From the NCBI GenBank assembly GCA_951406725.2, contig OX597820.1, forward strand, positions 10,850,001-10,914,000: a stretch of DNA of 64,000 bases, written 5' to 3'. The notes beneath the pieces are model-generated. The model saw nothing but the letters and a program-made list of their open reading frames with translations. It made no database searches and was not told the origin of the DNA. Source of the stretch: Octopus vulgaris (Eukaryota). Made by a program: the position numbers and the translations under genes. Positions 1 to 14,508 of this stretch are shown here, one piece after another (the first letter of the stretch is position 1; the number at the start of each line of letters is the position of its first letter).

Positions 1-198
1 ACAGAAATAATTTAAATCTATTTATAGTTAGTGATTGAGAGAAGTGCCAAGAGGTCTGGCCTCGGAGTTTTAGGTCATTATCGTGGACTTATGTTTGTTT
101 GTTAGCTGTATACGATGAATATATACATTATTAACAAGAAACAAAAGGAGAGAAAACTAAGAAAGCAATAAACTAGAATTAGCCGACATATTCCTGCC

Positions 199-202
199 AT
201 GG
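199..202 (+). CDS. Candidate start-codon exon (ATG G) of an unidentified spliced gene
   Basis: GCCATGG context directly followed by donor GTGAGT (203-208). In-frame TAA upstream. Phase 1 matches the acceptor at 2533. Confidence 0.3.
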
Positions 203-234
203 GTGAGTGTTATATTGATTAGTGGAATACCTAA

Positions 235-637
235 CAAACACACACACACACACATGAACACACGCACACATGAATACAGAGACATATATTTCAACATACA
301 TTCACACATAAATACATACATGCATATATCATACACACATACACATGAACACGGACATATATTTCAACATACACGCACACATAAATACATACATGCATGC
401 ATCATATACACACACATACACATGAACACAAACCCGCAGGCATAAATGCATACATGCATACATTATACACACACACACACATACACATGAACAGACACAC
501 ACTCACACACAAATATATATATATATATATGAATATATATATATATGTGTGTGTGTGTCCGTGTCTCTGTATGTGCATGTGTATGCATGTATGTATGTAT
601 TTATGTATGTTTGTATGTATGTATGTATGTATGTATG

Positions 638-700
<63 letters not shown>
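235..700. repeat. Compound microsatellite (CA)/(TATG)/(TA)
   Basis: Directly visible simple repeats. Confidence 0.95.
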
Positions 701-703
<3 letters not shown>

Positions 704-1769
704 AGGCATTCTGAATTAGAAATACAGTTCTGAATGAAATTTGTTACAGATGCAGTTAGTTGCATTAGCACCTACACGGACCAAATCAAATACATAGAAT
801 TATTTATACATACACACACATACACATACATACATACATACAGTGGTTCACCACATACACACACACACTCATACCACTGTTCACACATACACATACTAAT
901 ACTATACAACCAATCATACCGTTACGAAACCCACAACGAGTTCTGTGGGACAGCATACGTTGTTGTGTACGCATCCGTACGTGTGAAATTTGACGTAAGT
1001 GTATAGACGTTTGTGGTTTTGTGTGTGTTTGAGAAACTGGTAATAAGAGTCGCATTACATAGACATTATTACCGGTTTTACACCTTGGAACACAAGCGTG
1101 AAACGAAACGACTTCCAAGTCTCATTTTAATATCACTTTCTGTTCGGCTGTAGCTCTTCCAATGGCATTTCATAGAATTCTGACAAATTGGAGTGGACAA
1201 TCCACAGCATGTGCTTCTCGCGGTTCAAACCACCTACCCCGTCACCACCACCACCACCACACACGCGCTCAAACATACATATAGATCCAGCCATGGCAGA
1301 ATGTTTAAGATGTTGGCTTCGCAGCTAATACATCTCGAGTTCGCTTCCACTGCGGGGGCATCTTGCATCAGTCTCTTCTGATATATCGACTAACGAATGA
1401 TTAATGAGTAAAACTGGTTGATGGAAAGCATATGGAGGACAAATGCATATTTATGAACATACGTGTGTGTGTGTGTTGTTGTTATTGTTGTTGCTGTTGT
1501 TGTTGGTGTTGTTGTTGTTGCTTGCGTCGGTCTCAAATATTCTTTTATCAGTCATTGAACGGCGGCCATAGTGGGACAGCACCTGGAAAGGTTTTATAGA
1601 ACAATTCGACACCACCACTTATTGCTTTTAAATGCTTGTACTTATACCATCCGTCACTTTTGACGAACCGCTCAGTCAGGGGGACGTGAACACACAAACA
1701 TACACCAGTTGTCAGACAGTAAGAGGGGATAATCACAAGCACAAACATATACAGGCACACATATATATG

Positions 1770-1822
1770 TGTGCGTGTGTACATATCTATCCAGGTATAT
1801 ATGTATACATACATACAAACGC

Positions 1823-1877
<55 letters not shown>

Positions 1878-1928
1878 CATATATATACATATTTATATAT
1901 AGATATATATACATATATATACATATAT

Positions 1929-1959
<31 letters not shown>

Positions 1960-2025
1960 ATTTATTTTATATATACACTATTATATACATATATATATAC
2001 ATATACATATAAATATATACATATA

Positions 2026-2056
<31 letters not shown>

Positions 2057-2091
2057 CATATAGATATATATACATATATATACATATATAT

Positions 2092-2141
<50 letters not shown>

Positions 2142-2150
2142 CATTTATAC
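1770..2150. repeat. (TA)n/(CA)n microsatellite field
   Basis: Directly visible. Confidence 0.95.
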
Positions 2151-2533
2151 ATAGGCACAAGGGTAAGTCCTGGGGTTGATTTTTTTCGACTAAAGGCGGT
2201 GCTCCACCATGGGCGCAGTCAAATGACTTAAACGAATAAAAGAATAAAAGAACACACACACACACACATATATATATGAATACATACACGGGCTTGTTTC
2301 AGTTTTCGTCTGCCAAATCCACTGGCAAGGATTTGGTTGGATCGAGGCTATTGCAGAAAGAAGACATTTTCCGAAGGTGCCATTAGTCTGGAAAGAACCC
2401 GACACCATATCGTTAGAAAGCAAATACTTCTTACCACTGAGCCACTCCTGCGTCTTCATAAAGAAATTTTATATATTCCATTCCTAAAATATATATAACA
2501 TTTAATAACTGATTTTAATTTGTTTTCCTTCAG

Positions 2534-2723
2534 CTGTATTGTCTGAAGTAATGCTAATATATCGACTTCGAAGCATTGGAACGTTTCGGCATTATGACAT
2601 AATACGAGAAAGACAGGAAACTCACAAAGTAACAGCTGCTCTTTCACATTTCTTAGAAGCTGGCAGCAATTCAGCCAAATGGATGTCAGTAGACTCTGTT
2701 GTCATATACGTAGATTTAAGTCG
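2534..2723 (+). CDS. Candidate 190-nt internal exon, product unknown: (A)VLSEVMLIYRLRSIGTFRHYDIIRERQETHKVTAALSHFLEAGSNSAKWMSVDSVVIYVDLS(R)
   Basis: Acceptor ttttaatttgttttccttcAG and donor GTAAGA (2724). Open frame across non-repetitive sequence. No family recognised. Confidence 0.4.
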
Positions 2724-2780
2724 GTAAGAAGGACAATCAACTAGAATTCCATATTTGAGTTATTCTATAATTCTATTATT

Positions 2781-3234
<454 letters not shown>

Positions 3235-3452
3235 TATGGATATAAATTAATCTTTTATCTTTATGCTTTATTTGCCTCAGTTATTAGAATGGTCATGATT
3301 GTTTGGATAATATTTACAGGAATAAATCAACCCCAATATTTAGAATTTTAAACCTGGTACTGATTTTGCCGAAGCACTAAGTTACGGAAACGTAAACACA
3401 CCAGCAACGGTGGTAGAGGACAAACATAGGCACAAAGAGACACATGTATATA

Positions 3453-3535
<83 letters not shown>

Positions 3536-4042
3536 TAACTGAAAAAATAAACATGATTTCCAACAGATGTTTTGATTAATACTTTAAAGATTATAATTGT
3601 AATAATTAATCAAGGCAGAAAAAATGTATACCAGTATATTATTAGTTGTTAAGTATACGGAACATTACAGCAAATTCATTACAAGAGTTGCCGGAATGTT
3701 CCGTATACATCTATTTTTTTATTTTTCTGATATATATATCAGCGGAGGCATGTATAGCATTTGATAAGTCTATCCAAGTGGAGAGTTACGTTGATAAAGG
3801 ATATGAATTTATAATTCTGATCCAGAAACGCGTCCGTAAATAACCCTAGACTGTGCTTTCGTTATTTTTTCCTTCTGTTTTGCATATGTGAATTACATGG
3901 ATATGTTGTATGTGGAGTCTTATTTGTAGAAAATAAAAATAAACAGTCTTTGACTGCTTTTTCTAATTTTTCGGTATGTGGCTAAACAACCTGTTGCCTG
4001 CCCCTTTTTATTTATACACAAATATATTCTTTCTTGTCTTTC

Positions 4043-4222
4043 TTTTCCTTGTTTCAGTCATTTGACTGCGGCCATGCTGGAGCACCGCCTTTAGTCGAGT
4101 AAATCGACCCCAGGACTTATTCTTTGTAAGCCCAGTACTTATTCTATCGGTCTCTTTTGCCGAACCGCTAAGTGACGGGGACGTAAACACACCAGCATCG
4201 GTTGTCAAGCACAGACATACAA

Positions 4223-4277
<55 letters not shown>

Positions 4278-4442
4278 TACGACAGGCTTCTTTTAGTTTC
4301 CGTCTACCAATTCCACTCACAAGGCATTGGTCAGCCTGGGGCTATAGCAAAAGACACTTGCCCAAGATGCCACGCAGTGGGACTGAACCCGGTACCATGT
4401 GGTTGGTTAGCAAGCTACTTACCACACAGCCACCCCTGCGCC
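4043..4442 (-). mobile_element. SINE family A, full length
   Basis: A box TGGCTGTGTGG, B box GGTTCAGTCCC, internal microsatellite, conserved tail. Confidence 0.9.
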
Positions 4443-4541
4443 TATATAGAACTTTTTAAAAAAGTTCTTGTATTTATATACCGAAATCTACACGTAAAAA
4501 ATTATTGTTTTTTTTTAAACTATCAATTGTTTACCCTTATA

Positions 4542-4584
<43 letters not shown>

Positions 4585-5031
4585 GTGGCTAATTCGCAAT
4601 TTTAGTGACATATATTTCTGCTCTCAGGCTGTAAATTTGTGAATTGGCCACCCATATTATTGATAATTTTCACTTTTACCGCTTATGAAATCAGTGTATA
4701 TTTTCAATGGAAATCTTATAAGCTGACAAAGCGAGCTGAGTTCAACCCTAGGTATGGTGAGAACCACCGATGAGCATGAAGATACGTGATCATCAAAATG
4801 CAAAATCATCGATGATCTGGCAATACCTTGCTGTGGGTATTGAGTTCCATTGACTCTTATTTCTAGCAAGTACTGGTGCTGATTAGTGAATTTAGCCACT
4901 TTGGTGAAACACACATACGCGCACGCACACACACACACACGACATGTAAGTACAGTACGCTTTCATTCAAAGAGCGATCACCTATTGTGTGGATATATAT
5001 TTCATATTTTATATATGAGAAAGCAGACATA

Positions 5032-5099
<68 letters not shown>

Positions 5100-5616
5100 A
5101 GTGTGTGTGTGTGCGCGTGTGTGTGTGTGTATTAATATGTAAAGGAAAGATCAAAGAATCAACGCGTAAGAACTTAATAAGCTTCGAGCTGTTTGTAGAC
5201 GGTATACAAAAAAAAACAACTTACAGGAACAATAGCGTTTTATTGACGTAGAAGGTTGTACATTTTTCCCATATCGAAGTTCGATATGCTAAGGAAAATT
5301 ATTTTATAGTTCACGCTTAGGGGTTGCTATGTATGCAAATAAAAATTCAATTCTGGGCTCCATGTTTTTCCTAGCTAGCAGAGCCCAAACAACGGTTAAT
5401 CAGTTGTCTGTTTGTCAGAATAAGATACCTTAGCCAAATTAAGTTTACATTGTTGTCAATGTATTCCATGTCAATTCGCAGGAGATTTGATCTCCTGCAA
5501 AGAAACCAGGAATTTACATTTCGGCTTTGACCTTTCCAGCCGCAGTGGTTAAATTTGCAGCTTACTTTCTTTAACCATATTTTAAATGCCTGGAACTCAT
5601 TAGAAAACACATACAA

Positions 5617-5937
5617 TGGAAGTACTCCGTCGGTTACGACGATGAGGGTTCCGGTTGATCCGAATCAGCGGAACAGCCTGCTCGTGAAATTAACGTGTAA
5701 GTGGCTGAGCACTCCACAGACACGTGTACCCTTAAGGTAGTTCTCGGAGATATTCAGCGTGACACAGAGAGTGACAAGGCCGGCCCTTTGAAATACAGGT
5801 ACAACAGAAACAGGAAGTAAGAGTGAGAGAAAGTTGTGGTGAAAGAGTACAGCAGGGATCACCACCACCCCCTGCGGGAGCCTCGTGGAGCTTTAGGTGT
5901 TTTTCGCTCAATAAACACTCACAACGCTCGGTCTGGT
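5617..5937 (-). mobile_element. SINE family C (body C + tail 2), 5' head truncated
   Basis: Body matches 8890-9006. Tail matches 43300-43489. Confidence 0.8.
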
Positions 5938-6217
5938 GATGACAACAACGGCAACAACAAGAAGAGGGTAATGAGCGCTTTGGACAATGTGATCCTACCT
6001 AGATGCACTGTATCTGAAAAAAGAGTAAAAGAGTCATAACTGGCTTGTCTTTTGATTGTAGATCTATTTTGAGTAAAACTGACCTTATATTTTTGAGCAA
6101 GAGAATCTAATATTTTAGAAAACACATACAACCACACTAAGCAATCATATTGCAACAATCGCATCTTCATTTCTCTTCCTCTATCAGCCATCCTGCCTCT
6201 CAATCTTTCCATATACA

Positions 6218-6259
<42 letters not shown>

Positions 6260-6808
6260 CAGGCACAAAAACACGCGCACACACAAATACACACACATAC
6301 ATTCATACATAGACACAAAACGCATGAATATATAAAATATACAGGCGTGGTAAGAAGTCTGCTTCCCAATCACATGGCCCGGGTTTCAAGTTTCTCGGGC
6401 CGACCCAAGCGTTGTGAGTGGATTTTGTACACGGAAAATAAAAGAAAACCAACATCTATATTCCACCCTGTGCCTGTCAAAAATTATGTCCCTGCTGCAA
6501 GGCTTTACTTCCACACACGCCAGCTTAATTTAATTCGTCCTAAGTCGAAAGACACACGTTGTTAATGTCCTGTTATTTGTATTTGCGTACCATTTCTCTG
6601 TTTTTTTCGTTCTTGTTTTTGTATACATTCACTGCTTTCTTCCAAGGAATCTAGTGCTCTTAGCTTAGTTTTCCCTTGGAGCAATCTCGAGTATAACCAG
6701 CCAAAATTACAAAGATAATCTGCAACTCGACTGAGGAAAGAAAACTCCGAACGACTCGTCCTTGTTTTCTTTGTATCGTTTTGCGTTCATGTCCCATTTT
6801 TGTATTTT

Positions 6809-6926
<118 letters not shown>

Positions 6927-7194
6927 AGTGTATGTGTGTATATTAGTCCCTTAATATTTGATATTAAATATTTCATCTATTCAATAAGACAATCAATATT
7001 TCATTTTATTTTAATATATATATTATTTATACTATATATTCTATATTCCATATTAATATTATAAAGAATATAAATAAAACGTAAAAAACAGTGTTGGAAT
7101 TCCTTTGAATAATATATATATATATACATATATATATACATATATATTTATGTTTGTATGTATGTATGTATGTATGTGTGTATGTGTGTATGTT

Positions 7195-7381
7195 TGTATT
7201 TGTGTGTCTGTGTTTGTACCACCAGCATCGCTTGACAACCGATGTTGATGTGCTTACGTCCTCGTAATCTAGCGGTTCGGCCAAAGTGACTGATTTAATA
7301 AGTATTAGGCTTACAAAGAATAAATCCTGGAGTCGATTTGTTCGACTGAAAGCTGTACTCCAGCATGGCGGCAGTCAAATT
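7195..7381 (+). mobile_element. SINE family A, 3' half
   Basis: CATCGCTTGACAACCGATG...CCAGCATGGCGGCAGTCAAAT. Confidence 0.8.
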
Positions 7382-8779
7382 ACTTGTATGCATGCACCAA
7401 GGTAGACTTATACAAGTAAACATATGCACTTGTCAAAATATATACAACAATCTATTCATATATACACACTCACACATACATACACACATACAGCAGCATA
7501 TACACTTGCTAAAACGTACATTCTATGCATATTAACTTCTACTAAATATACACCTATACACACACTCTCATATGCAGTTTGGAAAACATAAACATGCTCC
7601 CTCATATAAACGCTAGCTAAAAGATGTACAATCGATATCACTTCCCCTGCACGTATACATAAATTATACACAAAAATACTTCTGAAAACACACTCTCACC
7701 TATGCGCAAACACTGGCTAATACATACATACAATCAATATTCCTTACATCTACGAATATAAGAAAAAAATTTACTCACACACTTCCGAAAACATACAAAC
7801 AAACGCACACATAAACAAGTTAAGATGTAGCTACAATCGATATTACCTCCCTTTGTGAACTCTCCAACTACATTCTTCACCTTCCCACTTCGTACTTACC
7901 CAAAATATGGCTTCAGCATAAATGCATATGGATTACTAATCTGTATTTTGATATTTTTTTCTCTTTCACTCTCTCCCCGCTTCTCTCTCTCTCTCTCCTC
8001 TCTGTTTTTTTATTTCTCTCTATCACTTCTCTTTCCTTTCTGATGAAAAACAAATAAGATCGAAGCATCAAACATTTCTTTCATTCTCTCATTTATCATC
8101 AAACTAATACTCATTTCGAACGTGTTGTTCGATATTCGTTGGTTGCATTGTTACTAAACATTCCCATATAGATTGTGAAGCTGATTCAGACTCGCTTATA
8201 TCCATAAATGATTTACTTCTTGGAATATATTCTTCGACAATCCTGGATTGCCATTTTGGATTTCAGATATCTTCCCATCTGCAATATACTCTCTCTCTTT
8301 CCTCCCTCTCCTCAATCTCTTAACATTTACACGCCGCACAAATACACACACACACGCACGGACATGCACACACACAAATAAATGTGTGAGAGTATGTGCC
8401 TTTGCGCTAATTGCGTGTGTATGTGTGTAAATGCGTGCGGGGGTGTAAACGTGTATCTTTGTGTATATATGTATATTATGTATATATTTTTATCTATCTA
8501 TCTATATATATAAAACTTATAAATAAGGGCAAAAGGAAAAAAATTCCTATGCCAAATATGCCGAGAGTAGACATTAAATAACTACATATCGCGTCTCGAA
8601 ACAAGCTGAGAGAAATCTCTAAAAAAACGTTTTCTGAATTTTCAGATTTTTCTATACGCTAGGCCACTGGTTTTAAATTGATGTTAATTAAATTAATATT
8701 CAATTTATCATCCTCATCATTTAAATTATATATATTTCTTTTTTATTTAAAAAAAAAATTTTTTTATGTAATTTTTTTT

Positions 8780-9063
8780 CCGACCAGGCTATCAGATGTT
8801 GCTACATATCGCTGGTCACAATGCGCTTCGCATTGTTTTAGCCTTCAAATGACGCCACCCCGCTGGCTAAGCGAGCAGGCCAACAGAAGAAAGAGTGAGA
8901 GAAAGTTGTGGCGAAGGAGTACAGCAGGGATCGGCACCATCCCCTGCCGGAGGCTCGTGGAGCTTCAGGTGTTTTCGCTCAATAAACACTCACAACGCCC
9001 GGTCTGGGAATCGAAACCGCGATCCTACGATTGCGAGTCCGCTGCCCTAACCACTGGGCCATT
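8780..9063 (-). mobile_element. SINE family C (tRNA-Arg-like head + tail 1)
   Basis: Reverse strand TGGCCCAGTGGTTAGGGCAGCGGACTCGCAATCGTAGGATCGCGGTTTCGATTCCC contains A and B boxes. May correspond to the octopus OR-type SINEs (from recall). Confidence 0.85.
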
Positions 9064-10018
9064 ATATATATATATACTCGAGTTATTTAGTATGGGTCTT
9101 CATTTTTTGAGATTCAAATCCCGCACAGATTTATTCTGGTTCTTCATTCTTTAGTGAATCGTTTGACTACGTAACACTAAATACTGGAAAACCCGATATA
9201 ATCAATTTTATTTCCCGTTAAATCCCTGGCCTTTTACCTATGAAATAAATCAATACAGCAGATTGAGACACGTCTACATCTATGCTTATATGTATATTTA
9301 TCAAACAATCAATGTATATATGTGTGTATATTTGTGCATGTTTGTACACGTACGTGAGTATACATATTGTGTATGTGTGTGTTTATATCTGTATATTATA
9401 AGTCTATGTAAGTATATATCAATATACAGATAAATATATATCAATATACAGATAAATATATATAATATATATATATACATAAATTCATACATATATACAC
9501 ATATACATATCTATCTATCTTTCTATCTATATATCTATTTATCTCACTATCTTTCTGTTTGTCTATAGAGCATGTGGGCGTGAGTGTATGATTATGTGCG
9601 TGAGTGAATGCGCATGTGTGTCCATAAAGGTACGCATTTATTCACATGTATGTATATCTATACTATATATATATATTTAAACATATATGTGTACCTATAT
9701 ATTTAAACATATATGTGTACTTATATACATACATACATACATACATAGATACATAGATACATACATAGATACATACATAGATACATAGATACATACATAC
9801 ATACATACATACATACATACATACATACATACATACATACATACATACATACGTACACACACAAACACATGGAGGAAGTGTGACAGAGAGGATGAGAGAG
9901 GGAAGGAGATACACGTTTCGATGTAGAAAGGAAGGGAATAAATTTACCAATAATACACATAGAAGAGTTTAAACATTTACTATAAGGCAAGTTTTTTTCC
10001 CCTCAAATCGCTATTTAG

Positions 10019-10297
10019 AGATTCACATTTCCGCTTTTCGCTTCGCCATATATACAAAATCAGGCATGGAATCTTTATAGATGTTTGAAGATATACACAT
10101 TTCATGGACGTCTCGATAGCAGAGATAATAAAACAACGGTTGTGCTTCATATCAATTTTGCCTGAAGGCACATTTAGCGATACGTCGTTATACAATGCCT
10201 CCTGTATAAATTTTGATATTATCGATAATGTAGCGGAGGTCAACAGCCTTACAGAACCTTCCATTGCACAAACATACGTAAACACACAAAGACATAA
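10019..10297 (+). pseudogene. Candidate pseudo-exon (279 nt, one in-frame TGA)
   Basis: Acceptor gtttttttcccctcaaatcgctatttAG and donor GTGAGT (10298). Phase 2-2, compatible with exon 2534-2723. Confidence 0.22.
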
Positions 10298-10404
10298 GTG
10301 AGTTGGTTTTTGTGTCTCTACTTTATAATAGAATGGATATATTCAGAGAACGGAAAATATGGTATGCACAGTGTAATATCTTTTGGGCTTTACCCGGTGG
10401 TTCT

Positions 10405-10642
10405 TCATTTGTTTCAGCCAGTCGACTGCAACCTTGCTGAGGCACCGCTTTGTAGGGATTTGATCGAACAAATCGCCCCCAGTACGTATCATATTTAATC
10501 TAGTATTCCTTTTATCACTACCTTTTGCCGAAGCACTAAGTTACCAGGGTGTAACAAAACCAACATCCGTTATGAAGCAATGGCGGGATGGAGTCAAAGA
10601 CATGCAAAAATGCAAAAACGCACGCACACGCACACACAAACA

Positions 10643-10688
<46 letters not shown>

Positions 10689-10852
10689 TCAGTACGACAA
10701 GTTTACACGTAGTTTGTCAAAGAAATTCACTTGCAAGGTATTGGTTGATGCTATAGCTGAAGACACGTTGCCAACGTGTCACACAGTGGGACCGAAACCG
10801 AAACGAAGAGGTTACACATCGAGCATTACAATGACACAGCCATATCTGCGCC
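10405..10852 (-). mobile_element. SINE family A, old diverged copy
   Basis: Recognisable tail, internal (CA)n and head. Confidence 0.7.
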
Positions 10853-11827
10853 AACTTCTATAAGTCTAGAACTCTTGCGTTTGGAATCAGCAGCAGCTGA
10901 TTTCGAACGCAAGAATCTGAAGAGAAATGTTCTAGTCATCTAATTCTTATTTCGTTTGGTGGGACAACATTTCTGAGAGTAGGAAACGGCTTCTTGTTCA
11001 GTTTCTTTTATTTTCCCAGCATGTCTCCGGAACTATACATGACAGACATTCTGTGTTGTAAATAATTTTCTATTCAAAGCATTGTTTAAAAAAAAGTTTA
11101 GCTGTAACAACGCTATGATAAAAATCAAATTTATTCTCATTCTATAATTCTATTTAACAATTTCTAGTCAGTAGATAAAAAAAAACAATAAAAAAAAACA
11201 GAATTTAAGCAAGACAAGAATTAAAAATTACCCAGAAAAAAGATACAAGAATGATGAAACTAAATCGATTTGCCAGCTAGCAACTTCTTTTACCAATCCA
11301 CATAGTTATAAAATTGCTTAACCAAGTTACGTTTTAATCTTGTGTTATGGCGATCCGTTAAGAAAATTCAAAATGTGAGTACGTCCGTTTTCAAATTGCT
11401 TTCTTACTTAAATACAAATTTAAAATACATTGAATATACATTGTTTTGTGGGTATTACTTGTGGGTATTATTGTATCTGCACTCTTCTTCAAAAATGCCC
11501 TTTCATGAATTAGTGTACAAATTTCTGTTGAGAAAATCATACTACTTCAGTTAACAAATTGCTAAACTTACTTCTTCCAAGTTGGTCTTATTTTTTTACA
11601 ATAGGCTCAGGCATGGTTGCGTGGTAAGAAGCTTGTTTCCCAACCACGTGATTCTAGGTCCTGTCCCTCTGCATAGTAACTTGGACAGTAACTCTGCATA
11701 GTAACTTCAACTATAACCTAGGGTGAGCCAAAGGCTTCTGAGTGGATTTGGTAGAGAGAAACTGAAAGAAACTCGTCATATACATACATACATATATATG
11801 TATGTATATGTATGTATGTATGTATGT

Positions 11828-11858
<31 letters not shown>

Positions 11859-11878
11859 TGCGTGTGTGTGTGTGTATG

Positions 11879-11919
<41 letters not shown>

Positions 11920-11920
<1 letters not shown>

Positions 11921-12080
11921 GGGAGAATTTACAAAAAAAAACAACAAAAGACAAAGGCAGGTAGTGTAGACATCAAACAGTTGTATTAGTACGACGCTCG
12001 GGAAGTGAATAAGTCTTTAACGTTTCGTGCCTACGCTCTTCCACAGAAAGGAACACAGAAAGAAACAAGAAAAAATAAAG
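11920..12080 (-). mobile_element. Penelope-like terminal repeat remnant with hammerhead-like motif at 12015-12050
   Basis: Reverse strand cttt-CTGTGGA-a-gagc-gtag-gcac-GAAAC-GTT-aaag. Homologous to 24103-24260. Confidence 0.6.
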
Positions 12081-12083
12081 ACC

Positions 12084-12410
12084 TTTTCTTTGTTTTCCTG
12101 CAGAACATTTAATTGACTAATTGATTGATTTTGTTTTTTGTTTCTTTTAATATTTCGAATAGAAACCGAAATATTCTTAGAATTTACTTATGACACGTAT
12201 GAAAAGATCTATTCAGAAGGGATCGATTATTCTTACATTACAAAGATATCAAATGCAGAATGAAACAGTTATTTTATTATAGATTACAATAATATCACTA
12301 GTGTCTCTGTTGAAAATACGAAGGAATCTGATATCATGGCAAATTGGATACAAAGAGTGTTAGAATAAATAAACGAATATTTCTCAAAATTCTTGACCGC
12401 CATGAAAATG
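12084..12410 (+). repeat. Local duplication of about 325 bp, copy of 14431-14755
   Basis: Near-identical from ttttctttgtt..cctgcagaac to gaccgccatgaaaatg. Confidence 0.9.
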
Positions 12411-13100
12411 GCTAGCGATACATACATACATACATACATACATACATACATACATACATACATACATACATACATACATCCATACATACATACATACATA
12501 CATACATACATACATACATACATACATACATACATACATACATACATGTGTTGTGTGTGTGTGTGTGTGTGTGTCTGTGTTTGTCCCCCGCTACCACTTG
12601 ACAACCGGTGTTGGTGTGTGTAGTCCCCGTAACTTAGCAGTTCGGCAAAAAGTTAATTTACATGGCCGCAATCTGACGATGGAAACAATGAAAATGAAAA
12701 GATTAGCATATTTCTACCCAGCCACTTCGACCATTCGATGGAAAGAGTATCACAGAAACATAAAATGTTGTTGCATCTGTAGGATGGGATTTAAAATAAC
12801 CGCGTAAGAAAATGTCATCATATTTTCCAATCGATTTATTTCCAGATTTTTGCATTGTCAATTATGAAATTTCGTTGCTTAGTAATTATCTTATATGGTG
12901 CGTATTTTTCGTTCGCGTCATTGTTTAAATTTTCCCCGACGGAATCACTCTTCGAATGAAAAAACAAATCACAAAAGACAGTGTTACTTCGTTTATATCT
13001 GTGGGCTATTGAGCTCAGTTAACGAATCGAATTTGTTATGATTTCTCCTTTAAAATTTCTTAGATTAAACAAAAAATAATGGCTGCAGATATTACATAAA

Positions 13101-13287
13101 TACCATATTTACGCGTGTAAAAGTCTCAAAATTTCATACTATATTTTTTTACTGAAAACCACTGTGATGCTAGTTATACGAAGGGCAAAGCTTAAACTAT
13201 GAAAAGAAAAAAATGTATCAAGATTTAACGCTAAATTTGGAGAGCAACCTAAATGCAAGTTCGACTTGTACGCGAGTAAAAAATGTA
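13101..13287. mobile_element. Degenerate Tc2/pogo-like MITE
   Basis: Imperfect TIRs (ta)ccatatttacgcgtgtaaaagtc / gacttgtacgcgagtaaaaaatg(ta). Confidence 0.4.
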
Positions 13288-13694
13288 AGTTAATTTGGTT
13301 GAAGCATCAGCATAATGTTCTGTACCATAAATTTGCTGGCACATTATAGAATAGTTCAAAGGAATATAGATAGCTATTGTTTTTATAACATTTTGAAAAT
13401 AATATTAAAATGCTAATCAAATATGATTTATTTAATTCACTCTTAGTGGCGAGTTGTTCTTCCTCGTTTACATAATTTTATATTATCAGAATACAATGTT
13501 TAAATGTTAACGCAAAGAACTTTGCTTAATGCAATACCTTAACGTGAAAATATCTCAGGAGGGGAAAAGAATAAATCCTAATGGAAAGAGTATCTGAGAT
13601 ATTCTATAATGGTGGGGAATTCAGTGCAACCCAACCTGGAACTATTCAATGCGTTAAGGGGCATAATATTAACTTGAATACCGTACCAAATTAC

Positions 13695-14380
13695 GTATTT
13701 CTTTATTGCCCACAAGGGGCTAAACACAGAGGGGACACACAAGGAGAGACAAACGGATTAAGTCGAGTACATCCACCCCAGTGCGTAACTGGCACTTAAT
13801 TTATCGACCCCGAAAGTATGAAAGGCAAAGTCGACCTCGGCGGAATTTGAACTAAGAACGTAACGGCAGACGAAATACCTATTTCTTTACTGCCGACAAG
13901 CGGCTACACACAGAGGGGACAAACAAGGACAGACAAACGGATTAAGTCGAGTACATCCACCCCAGTGCGTAACTGGCACTTAATTTATCGACCCCGAAAG
14001 TATGAAAGGCAAAGTCGACCTCGGCGGAATTTGAACTAAGAACGTATCGGCAGATGGACGAAATACTGCTAAGCATTTCGCCCGGCGTGCTAACGTTTCT
14101 GCCAACTCGTTGCCGTACCAAATTACATGTACACGTAATGCAAGATAACAACTATTTCTTTACTACCCACAAGGGGCTAAACAAGGACAGACAAACAAGG
14201 ACAGACAAACGGATTAAGTCGATTATGTCGACCCCAGTGCGTAACTAGTACTTATTTAATCGACCCCTAAAGGATGAAAGACAAAGTCGACCTCGGCGGA
14301 ATTTGAACTCAGAACGTAACGGCAGACGAAATACTGCTAAGCATTTCGCCCGGCGTGCTAACGTTTCTGCCAACTCGTTG
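13695..14380 (-). mobile_element. SINE family B cluster (dimer + monomer): tRNA-like head with Nin/Deu-like central domain
   Basis: Consensus GGCGGCGAGCTGGCAGAAACGTTAGCACGCC..GAGTTCAAATTCC..GAGGTCGACTTTGCCTTTCATCCTTTCGGGGTCGATAAATTAAGTACCAG. Flank ccgtaccaaattac repeated at 13681, 14113 and 14381. Confidence 0.9.
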
Positions 14381-14508
14381 CCGTACCAAATTACATGTAC
14401 ACGTAATGCAAGATAACAACAACCACGGGCTTTTCTTTGTTTCCCTGCAGAACATTTAAATGATTGATTGATTTTGTTTTGTTTTTTCTCTTTTAATATT
14501 TCGAATAG

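Noticed and set aside
5371-5612. LINE remnant suggested by FFNHILNAWNSL
   Set aside because: Single short motif with no supporting flanking similarity.
9980-10285. 101-aa minus-strand ORF
   Set aside because: No recognisable domain or convincing minus-strand splice sites. It overlaps a plus-strand candidate that has better splice signals.
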